Virus record (IMG/VR): IMGVR_UViG_2541047692_000008 | Coordinates: 1 to 54,354 of that record | Origin: a virus | Taxonomy: Duplodnaviria > Heunggongvirae > Uroviricota > Caudoviricetes | Reading direction: 5' to 3' (one strand) | Length of the DNA: 54,354 bases | In this document: one piece after another, positions 34,979 to 44,256 of the stretch | How positions within the stretch are numbered: the first letter of the stretch is position 1 | Layout of the letters: each line of letters starts with the position of its first letter | Notes under the pieces: generated by a model | The model's input: only the letters and a program-made list of their open reading frames with translations | What the model was told of the DNA's origin: nothing | Database searches by the model: none | Program-made: the position numbers and the translations under genes

Positions 34979-36031
34979 ATGTTGTTTAATAAACACAACC
35001 TTGCTACCAACAGCCGCATTCGTGCCCAGTGGGATCACCTTTGGGCGCAGCGCAACATGTTCAATGATCAGGACGGCGCTCTTATTGCCGCAAATATGGC
35101 AAACATGACCGCTGACATCCTGGCATGTAATGCCGTTGGCGGCTTCGATCAGGAGTTCTGGAAAACTGTCGATAACCAGATTATCGAAATGAGCACCGAA
35201 GAGACTGGTATTGAAATCGTAAACGATTTGATGGCTGTGCAAACCGTATTGCCAATCGGTAAAACCGAGAAAATGTACAGCGTATCCGGTGATATTAACG
35301 ATGAAGTTGTCGTTAGTATCGATGGTCAAGCCCCGCATGGCTTCGATCACACTGAATATGGCAGCGATGGCGACCCGATCCCGATGTTCGCAGCGGGTTA
35401 CGGTGTCAGCTGGCGTCATTCCGAAGGTCTGAAAACTGTTGGTATTGACCTTGCACTGGATAGCCAGCGCCTGAAACTGCAAAAATTCAACAAGGCCCGC
35501 GTTGATTATTACCTTAACGGTAACGCAAAAATCAACGTCAACGGTAAACCTGGCCAGGGTATTAAAAATCACCGCAATACCCAGCAACTAGTCATGACCT
35601 CCGAAGATCTCACCACTGACGGATTCGATGCTCTCATCAAATTCTTCACCACTGGTGCATTCGGTGTTATGGCCCGCAACAACCGCGTTGACCAGTATGA
35701 TCTCATGTGGGTGTCACCTGAAATTATGGCTAACCTGGCAGCGCCGCACATTGCAAACGGGACTGTCGTAGGCAGTGTTCTGAATATCGTTAAACCGTTC
35801 ATTCCGGTTAAAGAAATCCGTCAGACCTATGCACTGAAAGGCAACGAGTTCATTGCCTATCAACGCCGCCGCAACGTCATTACCCCGCTGGTTGGTATGA
35901 CTACTGGCGTAGTGCCTCTGCCGCGCACCATGCCTACCGATAACTACAACTTCAAAATCATGTCTGCCGAAGGCTTACAAATCACCTGCGACATGCTGGG
36001 CCGTTCCGGTGTTGTTTACGGTCACAAATAA
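34979..36031 (+). CDS. Major capsid protein candidate
   Basis: 350 aa; strong RBS aagaggtga; followed by strong terminator; position and size fit. Confidence 0.6.
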   Translation: MLFNKHNLATNSRIRAQWDHLWAQRNMFNDQDGALIAANMANMTADILACNAVGGFDQEFWKTVDNQIIEMSTEETGIEIVNDLMAVQTVLPIGKTEKMYSVSGDINDEVVVSIDGQAPHGFDHTEYGSDGDPIPMFAAGYGVSWRHSEGLKTVGIDLALDSQRLKLQKFNKARVDYYLNGNAKINVNGKPGQGIKNHRNTQQLVMTSEDLTTDGFDALIKFFTTGAFGVMARNNRVDQYDLMWVSPEIMANLAAPHIANGTVVGSVLNIVKPFIPVKEIRQTYALKGNEFIAYQRRRNVITPLVGMTTGVVPLPRTMPTDNYNFKIMSAEGLQITCDMLGRSGVVYGHK

Positions 36032-36050
36032 TTTCGTATTTCCTGTAACT

Positions 36051-36079
36051 CCCCGGCGCGATGCCGGGGATTTTTTTTT
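36051..36079 (+). terminator. Rho-independent terminator after capsid gene
   Basis: ccccggc-gcgat-gccgggg followed by T9. Confidence 0.65.
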
Positions 36080-36097
36080 GTATGTGGAGCAAACAAA

Positions 36098-36484
36098 ATG
36101 GTCACTACAGAACAGGCGCGGGAATATCTTGAAAGCCAGGGTATTGACCTGCCAGACATTATCTTATCTTTGCTGGTGGAGCAGGCAAATAGCGTTAATG
36201 AATGCCTTGATGCCAACTATCCGGCCTCCACTGCAACATTGATTCAGCTTTATCTGATTGGCCTGTTAGGACTAAGCCAGGCTGATAAATACGTTTCCTC
36301 GCAGACTGGGCCGAACGGTGCGAGTCAGTCATACCGCTATGTCGATTTCAACAAACGATGGAAGGCGGCCTATTCGTTGCTTTACTCCATTGATAAACAT
36401 CACTGTACAGCCGAACTGATTCCAGCAGATCCAGAAAACACCGCGCACGCAGGGCTTTGGATAGGTAAAAGTGGGAGGATGTAA
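36098..36484 (+). CDS. Head-tail connector/completion protein candidate (128 aa)
   Basis: Position after capsid gene; no motif recognised. Confidence 0.4.
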   Translation: MVTTEQAREYLESQGIDLPDIILSLLVEQANSVNECLDANYPASTATLIQLYLIGLLGLSQADKYVSSQTGPNGASQSYRYVDFNKRWKAAYSLLYSIDKHHCTAELIPADPENTAHAGLWIGKSGRM

Positions 36485-36486
36485 CA

Positions 36487-36672
36487 ATGTGGAACGACCT
36501 GACATTACCGGATCCGTTATTGCCGAAACTGTTTACCCGCGTATGGGTGAAGACAGACACCGGGCGACAGGTAGCCGCCTACCTCAATGATGCTGGCGAA
36601 TGGGTAATTCTTTGCCCGCGCGTGGCGAAAACCCATCCGAAAATTGTTAAATGGAGCTATGGCTATGAGTAA
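36487..36672 (+). CDS. Hypothetical protein (61 aa)
   Basis: Operon context. Confidence 0.4.
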   Translation: MWNDLTLPDPLLPKLFTRVWVKTDTGRQVAAYLNDAGEWVILCPRVAKTHPKIVKWSYGYE

Positions 36673-37033
36673 GATCGCGAGATTCAGTTACAAGGCATTA
36701 GCCACCATTTACCCCGTAACGCGTGACGACTGGACAAACTCCGACGTATACGGTGCGCCATACCTGGTAGATTGTGCATGGGAGCGTACTGACGGAACCG
36801 CAACAGACGCAAACGGGAATGAGGTTAGCAACACGATAACCGTATATACCGAACTGCTTCACAAGATGCAGCCAGTGCAGCTCCCTGAAAAAGGATGGAT
36901 GCTTGCCACTGGTGACACTACTGCTATTTCCGACCCGCTGGCGGCTGGGGCCAACTTTATAACCGGAATCGTTGAATGGGACATGAGCATGTTTAACGAC
37001 ACGCCGGATTATAAGATCGTAACAGGGGGTTAA
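36665..37033 (+). CDS. Head-tail joining protein candidate (122 aa)
   Basis: Track ORF 36644..37033; ATG 36665 overlaps previous stop. Confidence 0.4.
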   Translation: MSKIARFSYKALATIYPVTRDDWTNSDVYGAPYLVDCAWERTDGTATDANGNEVSNTITVYTELLHKMQPVQLPEKGWMLATGDTTAISDPLAAGANFITGIVEWDMSMFNDTPDYKIVTGG

Positions 37034-37035
37034 TT

Positions 37036-37476
37036 ATGCCTATTAAGGGCGTTAAACGCGTCAGGGAGCGATTGAAGCAGGAGCTAAAGGAAATTACAGA
37101 CAGAAAAACGCACGATGTATTATGGCGAGTGGGGCTTGTTGCTGGTGGATTTGCTGCAAATATGACGCCGATCGATACTGGTTTTTTAATTAACAGTCAA
37201 TTCCAGTATATAGGTGACACTCCTGAGGGTATGCAATTACGTCTGGGTTATACCGCCCGCTACGCTGAATGGGTGCATGACATGCCGGGCACATTAAAAG
37301 GCCAGCCGCGCGAACATTTCGGTAAAACCAGAGAAGGCGTCGAATTTGGCGGCGGTACTGGTAAGGGTAATTACTGGGATCCGAACGCGGAGCCTGAATT
37401 TTTGCGCAAAGCATTCGAGGAACCAGATAATGCAGACGATATTTATAAAACGATTATAGAAGGTTACAAGACATGA
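37036..37476 (+). CDS. Tail completion/neck protein candidate (146 aa)
   Basis: Operon context. Confidence 0.4.
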   Translation: MPIKGVKRVRERLKQELKEITDRKTHDVLWRVGLVAGGFAANMTPIDTGFLINSQFQYIGDTPEGMQLRLGYTARYAEWVHDMPGTLKGQPREHFGKTREGVEFGGGTGKGNYWDPNAEPEFLRKAFEEPDNADDIYKTIIEGYKT

Positions 37477-37859
37477 AACGCAGCGAGGTTTACGACGAAA
37501 TAAGGGATTGGATTAAATCCCACGGGTACGACGAAGGTTATATTTTGCAGGCCCGTTTCTGGAATGAGCGATCCAATTCGAATAACAGCAGATATATTGT
37601 CATACAGCAAAACGGCGGCGCGGCGGGAGAAGAGGCGATAACCCGTGACTATTTTCGCATCCTGGTTATTTCAGCGCGTAACGATGCAAATATTAGTGAA
37701 GTGGAAGACCTCGCCGACGCAATACGTCAAAGTATGATAACCGAGTATAAAACTGATAAAATTACACACATGAAGCCAGTTGGCGCTATTCCCGCAATGC
37801 AGACGAGAGAAGGGCGCTTTATTTTTACCGTAGCTTTTCAAACCATAATATCCAGATAA
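37473..37859 (+). CDS. Tail terminator/neck protein candidate (128 aa)
   Basis: Operon context; precedes major tail gene. Confidence 0.4.
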   Translation: MKRSEVYDEIRDWIKSHGYDEGYILQARFWNERSNSNNSRYIVIQQNGGAAGEEAITRDYFRILVISARNDANISEVEDLADAIRQSMITEYKTDKITHMKPVGAIPAMQTREGRFIFTVAFQTIISR

Positions 37860-37872
37860 GAGGTAACTAAAC

Positions 37873-38349
37873 ATGTCTCAGACTTGCGAAAAAGGCACGT
37901 TTACAGGCCGTGACGTTGCTGTATTCTTCGCTATCGCTTGTCCAAATGCGAAGCCGGAAGCTGAAGCGTACAAAGCGTTAGGCATGATGCGTGGTAAAAC
38001 ACTTTCCGTTGAATGGGAAACCGCTGACGCCACCGCCGATAAATCAGCCGATTACACGAAAGAATCAATGGTTACTTACAAATCCGTTTCTTTCTCCGGC
38101 GACGGTGTGTCCCGCACTGAAGAAATCCATAATCAGAAAGCGCTGAAACGCCACGTAATTACGCCAGGTGAAACCACCGGATCACAACCTTATGTATGGC
38201 TGAAGATCGTTTCTCCTGTAGACGTAACTGAAGGCCCATTCCTTTGCACTTCCTTTAAAGAAGAAGATCCGCATGATGATGTTTCCACCTGGTCTATTGA
38301 GTGCGAAAGCGCTGGCAAGGTAACGGTAGGCGACGTTCCGCCAGCATAA
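37873..38349 (+). CDS. Major tail tube protein candidate
   Basis: 158 aa; strong RBS aagaggtaacta; followed by terminator; upstream of chaperone-position gene and tape measure. Confidence 0.6.
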   Translation: MSQTCEKGTFTGRDVAVFFAIACPNAKPEAEAYKALGMMRGKTLSVEWETADATADKSADYTKESMVTYKSVSFSGDGVSRTEEIHNQKALKRHVITPGETTGSQPYVWLKIVSPVDVTEGPFLCTSFKEEDPHDDVSTWSIECESAGKVTVGDVPPA

Positions 38350-38366
38350 CAGCCAATATTAACAAT

Positions 38367-38392
38367 CGGGGCCATTTGGCCCCTTTTCTTTT
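38367..38392 (+). terminator. Rho-independent terminator after major tail gene
   Basis: ggggcc-attt-ggcccc followed by ttttctttt. Confidence 0.55.
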
Positions 38393-38404
38393 AAGGTGAA
38401 TACT

Positions 38405-39103
38405 ATGATCCATGTTCGTACAGGACAATTTGCTGCCGTGGTGAACGGTAAGCGCTATGAGTTTAATCCTTGCTTTGCTGCGATGGCTAAAATCGGCAAC
38501 GATAGTGAGCTTGTCGAATATTTCGCACTTATCCACGGCGGCAAATATCCATCACGATTGCCAGCAGATCCAGACCTACGCAATCGCATTCTGGCGCGGT
38601 GTTATGGTGAAATAGTTCAGACATCAATGCACATCCTGAAATGTTGCTCAGACGACGAAATAGGCCCGTTATTGGGCGAATGCTGGTTTACTCCTTCGGG
38701 TAAGTTAAAGTTAAAGCCCGGATTAATGCCGATCGAGGATATCATCACGCTTGCGCAGCACTGCATGTACCACGGTCTTATTGGTGATGGCCCGGAAGAA
38801 GAGTCCGGGGAAATCCCGGAAGGGGAATATAAGCCGACTTTTAACGTCCTTGAATTCGTCTATTCTGCCGTTGCTCACCTGGGCTTGTCAGAATCGGAAG
38901 CATGGAATATGACAATGACCGGATATAGGGCCGCTGTACGCGCTAAAACGCCGCCAGACGAAAGAAACGAGAAAAGCAAGCCAAACATTCACATAAATAA
39001 ACGTGCTTATGACGAGCAAATGGAGGCCGCTAAAAAGGCACTAGAAAGAATGAAAAATCGTGAGCAAGAAAAGCCCGGTAGATCCGGGCGTTTTGCTAAT
39101 TGA
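38405..39103 (+). CDS. Tail assembly chaperone candidate (232 aa)
   Basis: Track ORF 38396..39103 (GTG); ATG 38405 after aaggtga RBS; position between tail tube and tape measure; no frameshift site identified. Confidence 0.4.
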   Translation: MIHVRTGQFAAVVNGKRYEFNPCFAAMAKIGNDSELVEYFALIHGGKYPSRLPADPDLRNRILARCYGEIVQTSMHILKCCSDDEIGPLLGECWFTPSGKLKLKPGLMPIEDIITLAQHCMYHGLIGDGPEEESGEIPEGEYKPTFNVLEFVYSAVAHLGLSESEAWNMTMTGYRAAVRAKTPPDERNEKSKPNIHINKRAYDEQMEAAKKALERMKNREQEKPGRSGRFAN

Positions 39104-39470
39104 AATCTTTAATTGCTGTACCTGGTGAACTGTGTGTGATTGTATTGTATACAGACTTTGCCTTACTGCGATCTTTCCATTCTTTTAGGATGCAGTTATC
39201 AAACTTTGCGATAACCCTTGAAGGGGATAATTCTTCAACATCCATGTAAGTAAATCCTATCGTGCTGGTTACTGAATACCATACGTGATAACTATAATTA
39301 CCGTCATGCTCGATTCTTTGTGGTTCCCCCATTATTTTATTCACTTGCTCACAAGTCATTCCAACTTGCAAATTTTTATCAGCTAACTTAACGAAATCAG
39401 TTGATCTTGCGCACCCTGTAAGAGCTAAAGCCATAACACCAATGAGAACCGCTTTGATTATTTTTTTCAT
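39096..39470 (-). CDS. Lipoprotein (moron, opposite strand to late operon)
   Basis: 124 aa; signal peptide MKKIIKAVLIGVMALALTGC with lipobox LTGC. Confidence 0.65.
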   Translation of the reverse strand: MKKIIKAVLIGVMALALTGCARSTDFVKLADKNLQVGMTCEQVNKIMGEPQRIEHDGNYSYHVWYSVTSTIGFTYMDVEELSPSRVIAKFDNCILKEWKDRSKAKSVYNTITHSSPGTAIKDFN

Positions 39471-39480
39471 GATTTACCCC

Positions 39481-40140
39481 TTAATTCCAGTTGCAAGCGT
39501 TTTTCACTTTGTCGATGTGGTTATAAAGACCATCAATGTTAAACACTGCTTTCTCAATGTCGCCAGCTTCCGGCACTACTTCAATGATGAATTGTTTTTC
39601 GTTAACCAGTTTTTTAATCATTGGGATGGCTTTTTTGCCGTCCCATAATCCAAGAGCTTTATAATTAGTTGACCGCCACCACTCAGTAGCTACAGCTTTG
39701 TGAACGCCGATCCGGTAGTTAATATAAGTAGTGTCCCCGGCGTCAGTTACATGGTGTGACCATGCTACGAACATTTTTGTTTTATTACCCTGGCAAGCGA
39801 TTGTTAATACCGGTTTATTCTTATCCTGTGCCTTCAGTGTCGGGAAAGCATCAAGACTTCCGCTGAATTGTTCTGCTTTCACAAAAAGGAATACGTTTTT
39901 TGCGTCCTGCATATCATCTTTTCTTTCAACTACAAGCCACTGTTTACCAGCATTTTCTTTTTCTAACTGTGCATCGTATGCGGCTTGTTTTGCTTGTTGT
40001 TCTGCAAGCCATTTAGCATTTTTCTCTGCTAATGCTTGTTGCTCTTGATTGGTCACTATAGGCGCTTTTTCATTATCCTCATTGCAACCAACCAGACCCA
40101 ATACCGCCGCAATCATTGCCACTTTTGCTAACCGTTTCAT
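39481..40140 (-). CDS. Lipoprotein (moron, opposite strand to late operon)
   Basis: 219 aa; signal peptide MKRLAKVAMIAAVLGLVGC with lipobox LVGC; Q/A/K-rich linker. Confidence 0.65.
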   Translation of the reverse strand: MKRLAKVAMIAAVLGLVGCNEDNEKAPIVTNQEQQALAEKNAKWLAEQQAKQAAYDAQLEKENAGKQWLVVERKDDMQDAKNVFLFVKAEQFSGSLDAFPTLKAQDKNKPVLTIACQGNKTKMFVAWSHHVTDAGDTTYINYRIGVHKAVATEWWRSTNYKALGLWDGKKAIPMIKKLVNEKQFIIEVVPEAGDIEKAVFNIDGLYNHIDKVKNACNWN

Positions 40141-40187
40141 AACCCACCACGCTAACTTGATTTACTGACCATTCCCTTTAGCTTCCT

Positions 40188-40227
40188 TATACAAAATGGA
40201 GTCGTTGAAGTAAAGCCATTTTGTATA
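40188..40227. promoter_or_regulatory. Perfect 12-bp inverted repeat of dispersed motif (TATACAAAATGG / CCATTTTGTATA)
   Basis: tatacaaaatgg-N16-ccattttgtata immediately upstream of tape measure gene, followed by cagatcaca. Confidence 0.5.
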
Positions 40228-40267
40228 AAATAGATACACAGATCACATTTTTGCATGAGGTTAAATC

Positions 40268-42610
40268 ATGGCTACCAGTGTAGGTACAATTTATTACGAA
40301 GTTGATGCGAAAACTGGTCAACTTCTCGTTGCACAACGACAGGCAGACCAGGCCTTTGATCGTATAGAGCGCGGCGCAAAACAGGCTGACCGCCAGGTAA
40401 ACACCCTGAAAACATCCATCAAGGCACTGACCAGGGTTATCCATCTGCTAATTGCTGCGGAGGCTGTGCGCCAATTTATGGATATGGCGGAGCAAGCAAA
40501 AATGCTTCGCGTAAAAATCAAAATGCTTACGGGCGATACGGAGTCCGCCGGACGGGTTTTCGACGGCCTGAAAGCAATATCCAGGGAGACGGGGCAGAGC
40601 CTGAAAGATACTGGCGAATTATGGCAAGGCCTGGCTATCTCACTAAAAAACACCTCCGCTACGGAAGGGCAATTGCTTAACCTGGTTGGCACTATTCAGA
40701 AAATGGGTGCATTAGGCGGCGCGTCAGCGGAACAGATGTCTAACTCAATGCGTCAATTCCGTCAGTCTATCGACGGCGGTGTTCTTCGTGCCGAAGAATT
40801 TAACAGCCTGCTTGAAAATACGCCGACCATCGTACAAACAATGGCCCGCCATATGGGATTATCAATGGGCCAGTTCCGCGCCGAAATGCTGGACGGCAAG
40901 ATCACGGCTGAAAGGATGGTTAACGCAATACAGGCGGCTACGCAGGAAACAAACGATAAGTTTGCTCAGTTGCCGCGCACATCCGGCATGGCTATCAATG
41001 AGCTTAAAGTAGAAATTATGGGCCTTGTTGAGCAGTTGGATGATCTTTTTGGCGTGTCAGATGGCGTTGTTTCAGCTATCGACTTGATCACGAAAGGCGT
41101 TAAAGGGCTTGGCGATGGCGCTAAATTCGCTAAAACCTGCTTCGACACACTCAAAACGGCTGGTAGCGAATTTATCGACATGTTTGATGATGTGGCTGTT
41201 AAGGCTGGAGAGGTGGCAGAGAAGATCATCGCAATGGTGACGCCAATCAAGGCGCTAATGGATGGCTATAAATGGATGAAGGAGGTAGTAGGAGAGCAAA
41301 CCGACGAATATAACAGCAACTACGAGAAGAAATACGGGAAGACCGTTGGCAAGGTCATGCAACTACAGGATGATCTGACCGCAGCAATCCAGGCTACAGA
41401 AGAAGCAAGGAAAAATGAACAGAATGCTGCCAATGACGGAGCGATTACCGGATTCGACAAGCCAGTAGACAAGCCGAAAAAACAGAAAAAAGAGAAGAAA
41501 TCGGAAGCTGATCGGCTTGGTGACAAAGGTATAAGCGTTTCTGATCAGTACAACAAAGACGCCGCCGCCATGCGCAAAGCGTTGGAGAACGGCAAGGCCA
41601 TTGATGCTGCATTTGCCCAGGGTAAAATCACGCTCCTTGAGTACCGCGCCGCGCAAAAAGGGATCGGCAAGGAACTGAAAGAAGAATTAGCACAAATTCC
41701 GGTAGATGAATTGCGTGATAAATGGTCACAAATAGTAAGCCCGATGGATCAGCTAAAAGGCGAAGTTGACCCCATCCAGCAGGCGCAAAATGAATGGGCC
41801 ATCCGTAAGCAAATGCTTATAGACCTGGGCGCTACTGAAGCGCAACAGAAACAGGAATTGTTAGCCTATGAGCAACAGATCCGCGATCTGAAATGGGAAC
41901 AATGGCAGGCGCAAAGCGACACAAACGGCCTTATCGGTGATTGTGTTAATGGCCTTAAAGGCGGAATGAGTAATGCGCTTGTTGGCCTGTTAAACGGCAC
42001 TCAATCATTGAGTGATGTTTTTGCTAACTTAGGAAGCAATATACTCGGCAATATCGGTAACAGACTCTCAGACATAGCTGCAAACTGGATAGCAGATCAG
42101 ATCATGATGGAGACACAAAGCAAGGCCACGCAAACAAGTACAACAGCAAGCGCGGTAGCAGCTCAGGGAAGCATTGCTGCGGCGGCGGCCCCAGCAGCGG
42201 CGGCAACTGCGGCGTCAACTGGCGGTAGCTGGGCGGCGGCTGGTTCGGCGGCGCTCACTGCGATCATGTCGCTGGCTACGTCAATTTTCGGCGGCGGTCG
42301 CTTTAATGGTGGTAGCGTCATTGGTGGTAATATGTACCGCGTAGGGGAACACAACAGGCCGGAGCTATTCCAGACATCTAACGGCAATCAATATATGATC
42401 CCTGGCGAGAACGGCAGAGTTATTCCGGGCCGTGATATTGGCGGCGGTGGCGGTATTAGTATGCCTGTCAGTATCAGCATTCAGACCACGAACGGATTCA
42501 GCGACGAAGACAGCCGCAGACTTGAATTAACAATGGAACGTGTAGCCATGAAAATGATAACAAGGGAATCTCAAAGACCAGGCGGAATGTTGCAACCTCG
42601 CCGCAAATAA
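40268..42610 (+). CDS. Tail tape measure protein
   Basis: 780 aa; long alpha-helical protein with Gly/Ala-rich C-terminal segment; position upstream of lambda-like M, L, K, I, J. Confidence 0.85.
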   Translation: MATSVGTIYYEVDAKTGQLLVAQRQADQAFDRIERGAKQADRQVNTLKTSIKALTRVIHLLIAAEAVRQFMDMAEQAKMLRVKIKMLTGDTESAGRVFDGLKAISRETGQSLKDTGELWQGLAISLKNTSATEGQLLNLVGTIQKMGALGGASAEQMSNSMRQFRQSIDGGVLRAEEFNSLLENTPTIVQTMARHMGLSMGQFRAEMLDGKITAERMVNAIQAATQETNDKFAQLPRTSGMAINELKVEIMGLVEQLDDLFGVSDGVVSAIDLITKGVKGLGDGAKFAKTCFDTLKTAGSEFIDMFDDVAVKAGEVAEKIIAMVTPIKALMDGYKWMKEVVGEQTDEYNSNYEKKYGKTVGKVMQLQDDLTAAIQATEEARKNEQNAANDGAITGFDKPVDKPKKQKKEKKSEADRLGDKGISVSDQYNKDAAAMRKALENGKAIDAAFAQGKITLLEYRAAQKGIGKELKEELAQIPVDELRDKWSQIVSPMDQLKGEVDPIQQAQNEWAIRKQMLIDLGATEAQQKQELLAYEQQIRDLKWEQWQAQSDTNGLIGDCVNGLKGGMSNALVGLLNGTQSLSDVFANLGSNILGNIGNRLSDIAANWIADQIMMETQSKATQTSTTASAVAAQGSIAAAAAPAAAATAASTGGSWAAAGSAALTAIMSLATSIFGGGRFNGGSVIGGNMYRVGEHNRPELFQTSNGNQYMIPGENGRVIPGRDIGGGGGISMPVSISIQTTNGFSDEDSRRLELTMERVAMKMITRESQRPGGMLQPRRK

Positions 42611-42614
42611 ACTA

Positions 42615-42642
42615 AACCCCGGTGCAATGCCGGGGTTATTTT
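42615..42642. terminator. Stem-loop terminator after tape measure gene
   Basis: ccccgg-tgcaat-gccgggg followed by ttatttttcg. Confidence 0.55.
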
Positions 42643-42696
42643 TCGTATTTATAAACGACCATTCCGCGCGATATATCCCCTTTCGAATATCTCGAC

Positions 42697-42951
42697 TCAC
42701 TTATGAGTGCCTTTCACGCCACATAACTTGTTATAGGCATGGTGCTCAACAATTAACCAAACCTTCAAATCTTCGCTAAACAGCCTCCAATCAAGATTGA
42801 TATCCATTTTGTATCCGTAACCGTCGCGTAACTTTTTGGGGTAAACTTCTTTTCTCAGAAAGGCTTTAAGTAATTCCTTACCTTTCTTGATGATCCGGTC
42901 CTGTGCGTTTTTCTGTGCTTTCAGATTTCTGTCAATCGCTACCAGTTTCAT
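42697..42951 (-). CDS. Hypothetical protein (84 aa), possible RelE/YafQ-like toxin
   Basis: C-terminus ...DWRLFSEDLKVWLIVEHHAYNKLCGVKGTHK loosely resembles YafQ/RelE C-terminal pattern; second gene of a two-gene minus-strand cassette. Confidence 0.4.
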   Translation of the reverse strand: MKLVAIDRNLKAQKNAQDRIIKKGKELLKAFLRKEVYPKKLRDGYGYKMDINLDWRLFSEDLKVWLIVEHHAYNKLCGVKGTHK

Positions 42952-42968
42952 AACTCACCCCATCATCC

Positions 42969-43124
42969 TTAGTTAAGTGCCTTCAGGAAGAAGTCCCGGT
43001 ATTCATCTTCTTTCGCATTCATCATGAATTGACCGTATTTGAATGCGTCGTCGAAACCCTTAACGATTGCTATTTCCACTTGTTCGAATGCGTTATTTAG
43101 CATTACTACTACATAGCGTTTCAT
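42969..43124 (-). CDS. Small protein (51 aa), upstream partner of 42697..42951
   Basis: Hand-found; strong RBS aaggagg; MKRYVVVMLNNAFEQVEIAIVKGFDDAFKYGQFMMNAKEDEYRDFFLKALN. Confidence 0.4.
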   Translation of the reverse strand: MKRYVVVMLNNAFEQVEIAIVKGFDDAFKYGQFMMNAKEDEYRDFFLKALN

Positions 43125-43231
43125 TTTGGGCCTCCTTCGTTGGTACTACTTTCTTCTTGCTTTCTATATACATCTTGTTGCGTGCTATGTGAAGCCATTT
43201 TGTAAACTAGCTATAATCATTGTGACAATGA

Positions 43232-43261
43232 TCTTATTTTTCGCGTAGAAGCGCGTAAAGA
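43232..43261. promoter_or_regulatory. Conserved 30-mer (copy 2) upstream of tail gene M, with TATAAT nearby
   Basis: tcttatttttcgcgtagaagcgcgtaaaga; TATAAT at 43212-43217; flanked by ccattttgtaaac and tatacaaaatgtaac. Confidence 0.5.
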
Positions 43262-43291
43262 TATATACAAAATGTAACTTGTGGGGGTTTT

Positions 43292-43645
43292 ATGCCGGAA
43301 GTGTTCAGATGGACGCCGCAAAGAAGCTACAGCGTGACCAGGAAGCCAGACGTATCTGTTGTTAAGCTGGGCGATGGTTATGAGCAAAGACAGGTAAAAG
43401 GTATCAATCCATTGCTTGATAGCTACACCCTGGTGTTTAAAGGCAGTAGCGCCGGATGTGGTGATGGTGGAAACGTAGCAATCCAGGCGGAAGCATTCTT
43501 GAGGGCGCGCGGCGCGGTCGAGGCTTTTTACTGGTCGCCGTCAATGGATAACGTGCAAAGGCTTTTTGTCTGTCGGCAATGGAGCATGACTAAAGACGGG
43601 CCTTTGTACACGCTAAACGCAACGTTTGAGCAAGTTGTTGGCTAA
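43292..43645 (+). CDS. Minor tail protein M (lambda gpM-like)
   Basis: 117 aa; FRWTPQ..., GDGYEQRQ, C-terminal FEQVVG parallel lambda M as recalled. Confidence 0.8.
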   Translation: MPEVFRWTPQRSYSVTRKPDVSVVKLGDGYEQRQVKGINPLLDSYTLVFKGSSAGCGDGGNVAIQAEAFLRARGAVEAFYWSPSMDNVQRLFVCRQWSMTKDGPLYTLNATFEQVVG

Positions 43646-43842
43646 TGGGGGTTGTTATGTACGGGACTTGTGTAGTTGACAAAACTTACGCTTTTACATT
43701 GTTTGACGACTATGAGATCAACGACCTTACTGTAAAAGCTGACAACGGCGATATATGGTATCTTCACGACGTTGGTGATGGGTACGTTGGGTGTAGATCC
43801 CGGGAAGGGAAGGAGGTTTTATTTTTGGTTGATGGCGTATAA
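43645..43842 (+). CDS. Hypothetical small protein (65 aa)
   Basis: ORF inserted between M and L genes. Confidence 0.4.
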   Translation: MGVVMYGTCVVDKTYAFTLFDDYEINDLTVKADNGDIWYLHDVGDGYVGCRSREGKEVLFLVDGV

Positions 43843-43847
43843 ACACG

Positions 43848-43875
43848 ACCCCGCGCGAAGCGGGGTTATTTTTAT
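43848..43875 (+). terminator. Rho-independent terminator
   Basis: accccgcgc-gaa-gcggggt followed by tatttttatt. Confidence 0.55.
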
Positions 43876-43998
43876 TCTATTTCCATTAATGCTATATTTT
43901 CTGCTATCGTTTTCCAGTCCAGATCTACAGCATGAACGCCAAATACTATCAACCCCATTATTATTAGCGCCAAAACTTCTATTTTTATAATCAGTCAC

Positions 43999-44247
43999 CT
44001 ATAAGTTATCACGCAGATAATTAACGCCCTTATCAGTGACGAATGAATGGTTAACCTGGTTTTCATCCGTCATGATGATGAATAACTTTTCATGTAGGTA
44101 TTTCGCTTTCGGGTACAGCGTTAAACAGACCTGGTACAGTATCCCGCGCTCAATCAGCAAATCAATAAATTCGTGTTCATGATAACCGATGAGGCGGGCG
44201 GCCTGTTTCAACGTGTACACATAATCACCGTGATTGCGCCGCCCCAT
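43999..44247 (-). CDS. Putative HTH DNA-binding protein (82 aa)
   Basis: YTLKQAARLIGYHEHEFIDLLIERG helix-turn-helix-like segment; last gene of three-gene minus-strand cassette. Confidence 0.5.
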   Translation of the reverse strand: MGRRNHGDYVYTLKQAARLIGYHEHEFIDLLIERGILYQVCLTLYPKAKYLHEKLFIIMTDENQVNHSFVTDKGVNYLRDNL

Positions 44248-44256
44248 GTTGCCGCC

